DNA of 63,761 bases, filler included, from Trichomonas gallinae (lineage: Eukaryota), in the NCBI GenBank assembly GCA_008369845.1. It is 9 parts of 9 records of this genome, joined end to end, with 100 filler letters (N's around TTAATTAATTAA, not from the genome) between each part and the next. Parts side by side here need not be neighbours in the genome. Positions count along the whole stretch, not along the records: positions 8,592 to 12,936 come from MRSU01000600.1; positions 13,037 to 29,201 come from MRSU01000603.1; 7 more parts are not named here. One strand, written 5' to 3'. The position numbers were made by a program, and so were the translations under genes. Positions 10,628 through 21,900 of the stretch are shown here, in pieces (position 1 is the stretch's first letter; each line of letters opens with the position of its first letter). The notes below the pieces were generated by a model. The model was given only the letters and a program-made list of their open reading frames with translations. It did no database searches and was not told the DNA's origin.

Positions 10628-12858
10628 ATCCTATTATAGACATATAGAAACATATTTTTGATTTTTCTTTTTTCATAAGTTGTAAACTTTGCAAAAAGCC
10701 GGTTAAACGGTTTGATCAGTCAAATTTGAGAAGTCCAACAAATAATTCAATTAGAATGGAACCCATAACCGTTTTATACTAAAATTTTGGGGATGTGTGC
10801 CATTACCAGTATTATGGTGTTATTATATAAAATGGTTTTTGTAAAAAATTAAAAATGATTTGTTGAAAATAAAATGAGTTTCAGCATGATATAACAGATA
10901 TTACGTGATAATATTTTCAATCCAAACTCAATTGTCTGACTTTTTGTAAGCCCATAAAAATATAACCAATACAAATTATGAATTACTTTTGAGTTATCTT
11001 TTGAAAACCCTCTAACATATCTTTACGCTTATCGAAAGCTTAATCGTATCTCGTTGCTTGAATGAGTATTCAATTTTTCATAATTTTTTGTTTGCATTCA
11101 AACGACAACGACATTGCTCAATCCTTTCCACTATATGAATATTTTTGCCCATTATTTGCCTTTAATGGTTTAACTATTGAAAAGTCATGGTCTCAATTTC
11201 AAATCCCTATCATTATGTACATTTTTATACATTATCTTCAAAACTTTTCTTACATGTCCATATTTTCTTAGCATTTTTTTATCGTTAAAAATTAACACAA
11301 TTAATTGATAACTTCCTTCTCGATTTTCTCAATCCATTTATCTCAATTCAATCTTTTACACATAGATAGTTTAATCTCTTACAAATAACAATTTTTTTAA
11401 AAAAAACTATATAAAAAGCTCGTTCGGGGGTGATAAAAAAAAGTTTTTTATTTGAGGCTGACTATATTTTTTGTTGAACTCATATTATCAATTTCTCTTA
11501 CATTTAGCAAATTTCTAATCTTTGTGTTATCTCACATCCTTATAAAAATATCCAAAACAATTACTATCATTTTTAAGCAGCCAAATCATTATTTATTTTG
11601 CAAAACCTAAATTCTATTGTTTCCAAAAATTTCGTGACCTTTTGATTCCAATTACGATGGGTTTCATAATTTTTTGGAGCATATCCAAACTAATTCAACA
11701 AATAACATCAGATATAGGTATGAATTTCATATTTATAACAATTACCCATTTTTACTTGCTTATGATATTCTCAACAAGAAACAGTGCTTACCAACATTTA
11801 CTCAACATAAATACCCTCCCGTTTGTGCATAAATATTATTTTACCGTCTTCCTATGAAAAAATTGTCTGTGTTTTCGTTGCTCAAATTTCGATTTTTTGT
11901 TTTTTAAATCTGTATTTACTTTTTGGAGTGAAATACCTAAATATAAGTGTCTACACAGCTTTATCTATAATGATTCGCATAAACATTCCAATTTTTTAAG
12001 ACCCTTTTTTTTCATAGGAATTTTGGGAAATCTTCCATTCAAAAAAAAAATAGTTTTGTGAGGAGTAATTTTTTCCTAGAACCGCTCTCCGAAAATCGAT
12101 CTCAAACTTTTGCAATGTTATCTTTGGGGTTAGTTAGAGTTGCAGACTCTTTTTCACTTGATTTTTTCTAACTGTAAAAAATCAATCTCAATTGCCGATT
12201 AGTTATCACAAAAATATAATGAAGACTGTATTGGGTCAGGCACTCTCATGGGCCTATTAATGCAAATATCGAAATTTGGTCAAATAAAAAGGTGCAATTC
12301 GACCATTTTTCATGGGTAAATTCCATTTTATTATAATATCTGTGGTATTCTAACCAAATTAATGCCATATATAAAGCCTGTAATATAAAAACACATATTT
12401 TTTTCATGAAAATAATATGATTTTGTTTACAGATAGTCCAATATGTGCTAAATAGATCCATTTAAGTTATAGACACCAAAATTTCTTGATAAATTTTGAT
12501 CAATGAATGTTACGGGCAATCTGCAACGTAACTTTTCGTCCAAACAGTGAGTTCGACCGAAAAATCCTATCCTATGCAATAATTCATGAACACTTATCAG
12601 TGTCTGATCTCGTAAATTCGCGATATTTCTTAAAAAATATTTGGAAAAAAATGATAAATAATGCTAAATCAAATTTGGACATGTAAATTTGTTTCATACA
12701 TGAAACTATATCTAATTTCATAAGTGATAAAGTCAGAACTCCAAATCTAATTAATTTGCATATTAATATCACAAATTAGCTTAAAACTTTAACCTCTCAA
12801 AACTCAAGTAGCTCAACAGTAACCGGGCTCATATGCACATAAATCATATTTTCACCTA

Positions 12859-12936
12859 TACTGTTGCTCATTTTTTCGATGTCAGACAGCTTTTTCGATA
12901 CGTATTCAATTTTTTTGGTCGTTTTTATTTGATATT
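12859..12936. mobile_element. end of the same TIR transposon family (TA|CTGTTGCTCA...) extending into the downstream gap
   Basis: Exact inverted copy of 8593-8670 beginning with TA at the contig end. Confidence 0.7.
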
Positions 12937-13036
12937 NNNNNNNNNNNNNNNNNNNNNNNNNNNNNNNNNNNNNNNNNNNNTTAATTAATTAANNNNNNNN
13001 NNNNNNNNNNNNNNNNNNNNNNNNNNNNNNNNNNNN

Positions 13037-13120
13037 TGGACCTTAGCCATTTTGGCCGATTGCCGAAATTCGAGGGGGTTAGCCGGTTACCGGAGACAAT
13101 AGGACTAAAGTCCAATGACT
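13037..13120. repeat. GC-rich contig-start segment, probable terminus of a collapsed repeat or transposon
   Basis: Abrupt GC-rich 84 bp with palindromes (CCGGTTACCGG, GGACTAAAGTCC) ending ...TGACT, followed by AT-rich DNA. Confidence 0.35.
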
Positions 13121-13312
13121 TTATCCACATGTTGTAAAAAAAAATCATGATGAAAAATTTAGAATTTACTAATTTTATTATATTTGTTGATAGTAAAAAG
13201 AAATATATCTATTTATAATAAAATCAAATAAAATTTAATTTGCTATTCAAAAAATAATTTTGCTATATAAAAATTCTACACATTTAAAGAAGCAAAATAA
13301 AAAATATAAAAC

Positions 13313-13400
13313 CCCGCCAAATTTAAATTTGAGATATTTACAATTATTAAATATTGATAGAAACCGTCATTTTTGTTTTGGCGGGAAAATTAGCGGTTTT
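13313..13400 (+). promoter_or_regulatory. E2F-type sites (CCCGCCAAA 13313-13321; TTTTGGCGGGAAAA 13376-13389) plus an M3-like/Myb element (AGCGGTTT 13392-13399)
   Basis: Rare GC words in AT-rich DNA, 20-100 bp upstream of the H1-like gene, matching the TTT(C/G)(C/G)CG(C/G) E2F consensus. Confidence 0.55.
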
Positions 13401-13417
13401 TTTGAACACAAAAACTG

Positions 13418-14332
13418 ATGTCATCCAAGTCAAAGGATTCTAAAGTCGAAGAAACAAAGGAAGAACAGAAGAAGGAGGAAAAGACAGAAGAAAAGAAGGA
13501 AAAGAAAGAGAAGAAAGAAAAGAAGGAGAAAAAGGAAAAAGTAGATAAGGAAGAGAAGAAGGAAAAGAAGGAGAAGAAAGAAAAGAAGGAAAAGAAGTCT
13601 GACTCCAAGAAGGATAAAGAAGAAAAGAAGGATAAGGAAGACAAGAAGGAAAAGAAAGAAAAGAAGGAGAAGAAATCTGATTCCAAGAAGGACAAGGAAG
13701 AGATGAAGGAAAAGAAGGATAAGGACGAAAAGAAGGAGAAGAAGGAAAAGAAAGAAAAGAAGGATAAGGAAGAGAAGAAGGAAAAGAAAGAGAAGAAAGA
13801 AAAGAAGGAAAAGCACGAAAAGAAGGAGAAGAAGTCCGAGTCCAAGAAGGAAGAGAAGAAAGAAAAGAAGTCCAAGGAGGAGAAAAAGGACAAGAAGGAG
13901 TCCAAGAAGGTTACAAAGTCTTCAGAAACAAAGGTAGAAAAGAAGGATAAGAAAGAGAAGAAGACAAAGGTCGATTACAAGGCTCTTATTGCCGAGGCTA
14001 TCGCCAACTTCGCTACAGAGGATAAGACAATGGTTAGCTACCAAAAGATCTCCAATTATATCTACACATACACAGACGCAAACGATAGTATCAAGATTGT
14101 TCGTAGAATGGTCAAGAATAATCTTGAGAAGCTTGCTGAGCAAGGACTCTTAGTCAACAAGAGAGATAGCTATAGATTCTCTGCTGCTGGCAGCAAGAAG
14201 ATCAAACCAGAGTCTGTTCCAAAGCGCTCTGTTGTTCACGAGGTTAAGAAGGAGGTAGAGGAGAAGCCAAAGCCTGAAGCACGCAGTGTTACAATTAGTC
14301 GCAGCGGCCGTGTTTCCTACAAATTGTTCTAA
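13418..14332 (+). CDS. linker histone H1/H5 (H15 winged-helix) domain protein with a long N-terminal Lys/Glu repeat tract
   Basis: DYKALIAEAIANF...VSYQKISNYI...MVKNNLEKLAEQGLLVNKRDSYRF fits the H15 pattern (Y..mI.eAI; S.q.I.kYI; k.aLkkLv..G.lv...gSfkl). About 180 aa of EKK repeats precede it. Confidence 0.75.
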   Translation: MSSKSKDSKVEETKEEQKKEEKTEEKKEKKEKKEKKEKKEKVDKEEKKEKKEKKEKKEKKSDSKKDKEEKKDKEDKKEKKEKKEKKSDSKKDKEEMKEKKDKDEKKEKKEKKEKKDKEEKKEKKEKKEKKEKHEKKEKKSESKKEEKKEKKSKEEKKDKKESKKVTKSSETKVEKKDKKEKKTKVDYKALIAEAIANFATEDKTMVSYQKISNYIYTYTDANDSIKIVRRMVKNNLEKLAEQGLLVNKRDSYRFSAAGSKKIKPESVPKRSVVHEVKKEVEEKPKPEARSVTISRSGRVSYKLF

Positions 14333-14554
14333 TTTGATTACCCTTAAATCATCATTTATTTAGATTTATTTTAACTGGTTTGGCATCTTTTTCGCTCGAA
14401 TTCTTTATTAGAATTAATTAATATCTGTGGTAAACGTATAATTTTTGTTTTATAAATCATTATTTTCTAACCTATAGAATAGTAATAACAAATTCTTTTG
14501 AATAGAAAAAGAATAATTTTTCAAAATAATATTTTATACAAACAAACAAATATA

Positions 14555-15556
14555 CTATTTATATACAGGTGCGGATATACTAAGCATTGGCTTAGGATTC
14601 ATGTATGGAGGCTTATTTGGATCAGGAGGAATAATTACATCCATCTCTTCTAAATCAGCTTCTGTAACAGGAATTAAAAGTATCTTTTTCTGACCACGGC
14701 TAATATCAATGTCTTCACTTGACGTTTGCGGAGTGTATTTTGACTCTTCTGGTGGAGTTGAAATTGTTTTTTTGTTATTGCGCTGTAATACTTTGGCCTT
14801 TTCAATATTAGCGTTGTAATTCAAGTATTTTATCTTTCTTTCTGACATAAATGGAAAGATTTCAGTTGTTGAAATAATTGATTTCGATTGTGGTGGTTTT
14901 TGTTCTTTCGATTCTTCTTTTTTCTTCCTGGCACCTGTTGTGACCCTGTTTTTATCGTATTTCTTGCGAACGATATTTGCAAACTCATCATTTTTGTTAG
15001 CATCAGCGCGGAAACCTATTTCGATATAGTTATGCGGTAATGTAACAAGCGTGAGTTTTCTGTCTTTCTTGAGTAAAGTTTCACCCTGGAATGTTATTTC
15101 TAATTTAAGTTTATTATTCGATATTTTCCAGTCAGTTTGAACTTCATGAGCTACTTTTGACAATCCGATACCATTTGGATCAAAATCTGATTCTATTTCT
15201 GTTGAATCCGTTAATTCTGAATTCTTCAAAGATGCGAGGACCTTTTTGCCCAAAGAATACTCGTAACCAGTTTTCCTGCCTGTATTAGGCACAGTAACAG
15301 CTTTTCTCTTACGTAGCGGATAATTTGGAAAATACGTTTCTCTCCATTTTGCATTTAGTTTGTCTGTATTCTTGTTTGATGGTATTGGTGGAATTGCAAT
15401 CATTTCTGTATAGTCTGCACATTCAAATGTATCAAAATTTGATGCTTGAAGAATTGTACCAGAGCTTGATGAATCTGAGAACTGTATCTTCTTAGTACTC
15501 AGTTCCTGCTTGTTTGGCGTGAAAATAATATTCTTGTCTTGCTTAAAATCATTCAT
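14555..15556 (-). CDS. hypothetical basic protein
   Basis: 333-aa ATG-started ORF with no motif I recognise. Confidence 0.7.
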   Translation of the reverse strand: MNDFKQDKNIIFTPNKQELSTKKIQFSDSSSSGTILQASNFDTFECADYTEMIAIPPIPSNKNTDKLNAKWRETYFPNYPLRKRKAVTVPNTGRKTGYEYSLGKKVLASLKNSELTDSTEIESDFDPNGIGLSKVAHEVQTDWKISNNKLKLEITFQGETLLKKDRKLTLVTLPHNYIEIGFRADANKNDEFANIVRKKYDKNRVTTGARKKKEESKEQKPPQSKSIISTTEIFPFMSERKIKYLNYNANIEKAKVLQRNNKKTISTPPEESKYTPQTSSEDIDISRGQKKILLIPVTEADLEEMDVIIPPDPNKPPYMNPKPMLSISAPVYK

Positions 15557-16217
15557 GAATTATTTAGAGGCAGTTTTGACATTGTTATCATCCTGTTTAC
15601 ATGACAAAAATTCGTTATTTTCTAATTCTGAATCTAATCATCCAAAAACCAGTATTCTATGTAAACACTTTGATTTGTGAGACTATCTGACTTATTTTAG
15701 ATGTGATAGAATTAACAAATATTCATTTGATAAATTTTGTAATAGTAATGAGCTTATGTGTGTAGCGCAGTATAATAGATAATCGAGAATCTGTAGTGTT
15801 TATTATACAAAAATGCAATTGTTCTATACCATTAAAATTTAGAAATAATTCTACTCTGTAGAACAGTTTATTAGATTCATGTAATCACATGCCATGACAG
15901 GAATAGTTGTAAAAGCATCAATTTTAGTAACATTGATATATCAAATTTTTGAAGTGCTATTAGATAGAATAATTTTGCTGATCATGCCAACTATCGAAGC
16001 ACAATTTGATTTATAATTCTAAACACTTTGCATGTAATTAATGATCATCATGTCTTTTCGTGACACAATATACATGATTTTTAGGCATATTATTGCATGC
16101 TGATCACTAATGCATGACATTATTTAAGTTTAGTTAATGGTGGACTCTATAAAATGAAAAATAAAAAGTTGTATCAATAGGGCATTATTTGTAGATAACA
16201 CATATATAGTTTTCAGG

Positions 16218-16451
16218 TAGGGATCTCGTTTGGCGCACTTTTGTGGCGCGTGAGCCATATTGAAAATATCAATTTTAAATCGTAAATGTTTTTAACTTAA
16301 CAGATGTAGAGATTATGCATATAAGTATCTTCTGCATAAGCAGCAACTTGCATTATCCCAGGACCGATTCTACATCTAGTAAAATGTCACTTTTCTCTGC
16401 GCCAAACAAGAAAAATCCTTGCGGCACTTTTAGCGCCAAACGAGATCCCTA
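16218..16451. mobile_element. 234-bp non-autonomous TIR element (MITE), hAT-like
   Basis: Perfect 19-bp TIRs TAGGGATCTCGTTTGGCGC (16218-16236 and 16433-16451), flanked by the direct repeat TTTCAGG (16211-16217 and 16452-16458). Confidence 0.85.
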
Positions 16452-16821
16452 TTTCAGGCTTTGGAAGTATTTATTTTCTGAGAAATACAAGGTAAAAGTC
16501 CAATCCATCATTAAACCTGATATATGACAAAAACAAGTTTACACGTCAAATTTTACATGTCAGATTTATTGCCTACTTTAAATCAGAACATAACATGTAA
16601 CAATGAACTAACTATCATCTCGCTATAATAATTATGTTAATTAAAACTCTTTAAATCAATATTTCAAATTCCTCGATATGTTAAAATTGATTTTTGAACA
16701 AAATTTCTCATGAAAATTGTATTTATTCGTATTAAAACACATAAAAAACAGACCAAATCGGATAAAAATAAAATGTGTGCGTTTAAAAATTTTAATAATT
16801 TCGCGCCAGAGAACTACAGGA

Positions 16822-18474
16822 ATGATTGGTGACGGCAAGAAACAGAAATATATAATTGATGGATCAACACTGAAAGGGTCCAATCAAGGGTTAACGAAAA
16901 TACCAATTGTACCGAAAGCTAAGTCAATTCAGAAGCTTTTTCTTTCGAATAACGACATAACATCATTAGAAGGAATCGAAAACTATACTAATCTACAAGT
17001 TTTATCTCTAGGTTGCAATCAAATTTCAAAATTAAGCGAAATTAGATTATTAGAATCATTACCATTGCAAAATTTACAACTTGAATGCAATCCAGTTACT
17101 CATCTTCCATATTACAGCCATTTGGTCGTAGCAACAATTCCAACTCTCTTAATGTTGGACGGGCAGCGAATTGATGATCAAATTCGACAGAAAGCGATCA
17201 ATACACACGAAACAGACATTCAAGTTCTCAACCAGTTATGCGCCAACGACCTAAAAATCACAGAATTAGAGCAATTTATAAACGATATTCGAAATCCGAA
17301 TAATAATCAGCAATTCAACCAAAACTGGTTCAAAAATGTCAAATTTGCACTCAATGCAACAACGCTAGACGACTACGACATCACAGAAGAAGAAAAAATC
17401 GAGAGATATGATATTTTTAGAGAACAAGCTCTTCAAGAAAAGGAAACAAGTAGAAGGAAGTGGAGTGACATTTACAAAGAGATTGATAGCATACAGTGCG
17501 ATGTAATATCGAAATATACTGAAGAAATCACAATATTTTTGCAAAATTTCCGAAATAAGCTTGTTAAGTCTCCAAAGGTTGTTAATTCTACACCTGTCAA
17601 AGACTCATTCCTTCTCTCAAGAGCACAGCACATTTCTCCGTCTCCACAGCCGAGATCTCCACTAAATATCGAAGAAGAGCCCTACATAGATGTTCCTCAG
17701 TTCTTTTTACGCCTCATCAGGAACAGAATGAAGAGGTCTGTGTTTAAAGCTTGGAAAGAGAATATTAAACAAAATGAAAAAATTGCAGAAAAATTTAAAC
17801 AGCAAACACAGCAAAAACTGCTTGTAAAATCATTCTGCAAGTGGCAGAAATCACAGAAATCTGAAGAAAACACGCAAGAAACTATTAAGAGAACGAAATT
17901 AGTTATAAATAAGACAATTTCAATTGGAATCTCGTCAAAGAGGAATATTCCATCTACTCCAGAGAATATTGAACTCCTTGAAGAAGCTCAGAAGCTTTCA
18001 GCTTTGGTCGGAGATCTTCAATCACAACTCGACAGATCGAAAGAGGAAATCAAAGAAGTCAATGCTGCACTCGAAGAGAGTGTTAAGAGAGAAACAAAGG
18101 CCAAGAATGAGCTCAAGAAATATGAAAGAATTGCAAAAGATGCAGAAAATCGTCTCAAACAGAGCGAAAAACGCTACGAAGACGAAGTTTTGCAGCTAAT
18201 GTTGCAGCAGAGGCTGAAATACGACGGAATTGACAAGAAAACAGAAGAACTCGAAAAAGATAATCAAACTCTTAGAATGGAGAATGAGGCGCTGAACGCA
18301 TACATAAACGAGCTGAAGCAGAAGCTGGACACTGCGTTCGAAGTTGCTGGTGGACTGAGAAAGAAGATATCAAAGATGTCGATGATGCAGACGCCAAGCG
18401 TGATTAAAACACAGGAAATCTCATTGAGCCCCACATTCGGATCTCCAGCAGAGAACATCAAATTGGAAGAGTAA
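16822..18474 (+). CDS. SDS22/U2A'-type leucine-rich repeat and coiled-coil protein (probably centrosomal or flagellar)
   Basis: LFLSNNDITSLEGI, LSLGCNQISKL, LQLECNPV and an LRR cap (Y...VVATIPTLLMLDG), followed by a C-terminal coiled coil. First ATG is at 16822. Confidence 0.85.
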   Translation: MIGDGKKQKYIIDGSTLKGSNQGLTKIPIVPKAKSIQKLFLSNNDITSLEGIENYTNLQVLSLGCNQISKLSEIRLLESLPLQNLQLECNPVTHLPYYSHLVVATIPTLLMLDGQRIDDQIRQKAINTHETDIQVLNQLCANDLKITELEQFINDIRNPNNNQQFNQNWFKNVKFALNATTLDDYDITEEEKIERYDIFREQALQEKETSRRKWSDIYKEIDSIQCDVISKYTEEITIFLQNFRNKLVKSPKVVNSTPVKDSFLLSRAQHISPSPQPRSPLNIEEEPYIDVPQFFLRLIRNRMKRSVFKAWKENIKQNEKIAEKFKQQTQQKLLVKSFCKWQKSQKSEENTQETIKRTKLVINKTISIGISSKRNIPSTPENIELLEEAQKLSALVGDLQSQLDRSKEEIKEVNAALEESVKRETKAKNELKKYERIAKDAENRLKQSEKRYEDEVLQLMLQQRLKYDGIDKKTEELEKDNQTLRMENEALNAYINELKQKLDTAFEVAGGLRKKISKMSMMQTPSVIKTQEISLSPTFGSPAENIKLEE

Positions 18475-18968
18475 AAATGTTTGTGATATTTTTATACCTA
18501 AATATATTGTGACTATTTATTGGCGAATTCTTTAATATGTTTTTTCATATGATATACTTTTTCAATTAACAAAGGATGTTATCAGTGATGTTGTTCTGAT
18601 ATAATAGATTATCATATGATAATTTATTCATACAACACACAAAAACGCATCAAATTCACAACAAAATTTTAGAAATCTATGCTCAACTTATAATTATAAA
18701 ACACCAAAACAGCTTTCATTGTTGCATCATAAAATGTTCATTGTAAATATGCGATATCTTTAATGATTATATTGGACTGAAATAAGATGATGCCGAATAT
18801 ATAAAAGCATATTCATCCTTGAGTGCCAATAATATATTATAAAGCGTTGTATTCATAAATTAATTTATCAAAAATGCATCATCAAAATTAGATAAAAAAA
18901 GTTGTGTGAGAAAGATATAACTAACAAACTCTATGTTTAAAACAAAATATAAATATATGTAATATCAA

Positions 18969-21900
18969 TTACAATATTGTCATTAATTTCTCATAAATTG
19001 GCTCGAATTGTGTTCCAGTCAAAAGTTGTGAAGGAAAAGCGAGGAAGAATTTTTTGATTTCTTTCTTTCCAGAGCTATTTGCTGGTAAATCTGTGTACAA
19101 ACTGACAAGTACTGGAAGCAACGAGTATATTTGCGGACTTGACCATTTCGCATTCTTGAAAACGTCAATTAAAAAGTTATTAATTAATTCTGTTGCACTT
19201 GAGACTTTGATTTTCATTGTCGAAATAGAAGCCAAAGCCAAGAAGGCTGAGTTAAACATGAAAACGTTTCTCGTATCTACTTTGAACAAATTCAATAATT
19301 CATTTTTATCAAGTGCAAGGGTCGGACTCGTCTGCAGATAGAACTGCATGTAGTTCATGAGGTTAATCTTTGCACTTGCAAGCGAACACGTCGCAATCAT
19401 TTCAGATAATTTTTCTTGCGGAAGAACAATACGTGTTTTGAGGAACATTGCTTCCAATGTTGGAGATTCATATGTAGAGGAAATCGTTAATGCATCTCTT
19501 GACCTGCAATTTCTTAGCTTTAAAATAATAATATAATCACAATCATCAGATTCGGGTAGTATTGGCTCCTTTGAATTCAATATGGTAAAAATTTGTGATT
19601 TTTCACCTCCAACTGGCTCAAATGGGATTTTTTGATTGTATTTCGAACTTTGCAGCCAAAAATTGCATTCATCGAGGTCTTCACTGAGAGAAACAAGTTT
19701 ATTGTACACATTTGTGTATTTTGGATTCTTTCTCGTCAGTCTCATTGCGTTTAATCTGATGAAATTTTCTGGTTTCGATTTATCAATGGGAATGAATATT
19801 GATATCGCGTCAATTATTTCTTTTGTTGTCTTTCCGTTTAAATCAGGAAGTTCTGGCTTCTCATATTTATAGTTTTGCAGAGATCTTTTAATCCAAGACT
19901 CTTCTCCAATGTATTCAGGAGATTTGATGCATAATTCTCCTAGTATCTGCCTTAATCTCTTCTCTATTTTCCTTGGAGGAATTTCTGTTATCTTTTTCTG
20001 GACTAATTTTATAAATTCAGGAGTCAAGTTCGGTTTTCCTTTCATAAACAGCAAATATAGCTGATTTTCATAGTCAATGAGCCTCTCCATGAGTTTTGGG
20101 ATATATTTTAGGAGAATTCTTGTCATTGATGGATCATTTGGCACCAAATTATTAGAATCTAACTGGAAAATGTTTGATGGATACTTGATTTGGAATTTTA
20201 TCGACTCATCGAAGAATGCTGTCGCTAAAATTTTTATTGTTGAATCTTCATTGTAGTTTAAAATGCTTATAATGTGTTCACTAGACTTCTGTACCAGTCC
20301 TTCAAGTTGGTTTTTACTTACATAGCTGAAATGAGCAAGAATTGCATAAATTGAATAAACTGGCGAAATTGGAATGCATTTAGGCAGATTTTCCCACAGC
20401 AATGCGATGTTTCCTACATTTTCTGTCGGAATGTGAGAAATCAAAATCAATGCTGGAATAATTAAAGGAAGAGAATCTGATAAATTGTAAAGTGGATTAA
20501 AGACGAGATCTGATGATATAACTTTGTAGTATTTTGTGCATTGCTTAAAAACCTTAACAATAGAATGATCAAATCCTGCGTTTTGATCTAAATTTTCTTG
20601 AAATCCGGCAACAATTACAACTGTTGCGATATTTGATATAAAAGTCATATATTCTGCACTCAAATATGGTGAAATAGCAGCGAAAAACATAAGAATTGTG
20701 TTCAAAAATGATAAACCCAAATTAAATGAGTCGAAATTTTCGTAAATAGAGTAAAATATAGGCATAATGTAGTCCAATTGTATCCTGAAATCCAATAAAT
20801 CTGTTAAAATCGGTAAATTATTCATTAAACTATTTTCATCGAAAGGATCTGTATTTGAAGCAATAAATTTGATAAAATCATGGGTCAATTTATCTACAGG
20901 AACGAATAAATCGTTGATACAAGTGATTAAATCTTTCTGAATTCTTGGTAATTTTATAACGAATCGAAAATACTCGAAAAGCTCAGATTGATGAGCAATT
21001 GCTATTGGTATTGGTGTATCACCGACGATTTTAAGTACCCGAATGTTTATATCCGGACTTGGAAATCTTGAATTAATACATTGAACGAAAGCCCAAGAAG
21101 GAAGGAAATGTGTCATTTGTACGACTGAATTAAGCTCATCTATCGATAAAGAAGGAATGGAATGATGATAAATTCCCGATTCAATCGATTTTATTATATG
21201 GAACTCAGATAGACAAGATTCCCACAGCCAGTGTGGCACCTTGAAGTAGCTGAAGCTAAACGATGGGTTTTTAAACGTTTCTACAATCAAATTCAAAAAA
21301 GCTGATGGAGGGGTCAAATCTGAACTGAAAGTGGGTATTTTCGAAAGATCCCCGTATGCAGCATATTTAGCCCAGCAACCTACAGCAAGTGAATTTAAGT
21401 TTGGTTCTGAGTAAATCGGTAGAATTGATTTTGGATCTGTCATTTTTTGTTCTATATAATAAGAGATGATTGCTAAGGATTCTTCTATCAGAGAGAACTT
21501 GTTTTCTTTGTTTAAAACGTAAGAATGACATGTTTTTATGACTTCTTGGTGATAACTTTGAAAATCGCTTGAAACATGAAGTGTTGGGCATGAGAAGATG
21601 ACAGCAGCAAGTAATGAAATGTAATTTTCGTTAATATCGTAAGAATTAAAATAAGTCCATAAATACGGAGATAATTGTTCAGGATCAGATGAAATAAGTA
21701 ACCCAATCAGCCTAGCACATGATGGAACAGATGGCAGAATGTTCAAATACCCATCAACTACTTGTGTTTTGCATGGTAATATTTTTCCACCGCCAGCGCT
21801 GAGAAATTTAATAAAATTCTGTATGAAAAGCGAATCATCGGAGATAACGTGTTTCTTAAAATGCATGTATGACGTATAAATCGTGACAAATCTCGTATCG

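Noticed and set aside
8680..12000. Purine-biased stretches (about 8700-9400 + and 11000-11900 -) that may be decayed transposase genes
   Set aside because: I could not read a convincing motif; a translated search would be needed.
13037..13066. 5' half of a tRNA or U2 snRNA on the minus strand
   Set aside because: It lacks U8 for a tRNA and has GGTCCA instead of GATCAA for U2. Too short to call; kept only as an unexplained segment.
13390..13905. Minus-strand Phe/Ser/Leu-rich ORFs (171 aa and 128 aa)
   Set aside because: Antisense shadows of the purine-rich KE repeat.
15620..16100. Possible heavily decayed surface-protein pseudogene on the minus strand
   Set aside because: Only short suggestive peptides (SNSTSKI*YINVTK) with many stops; not enough to support a call.
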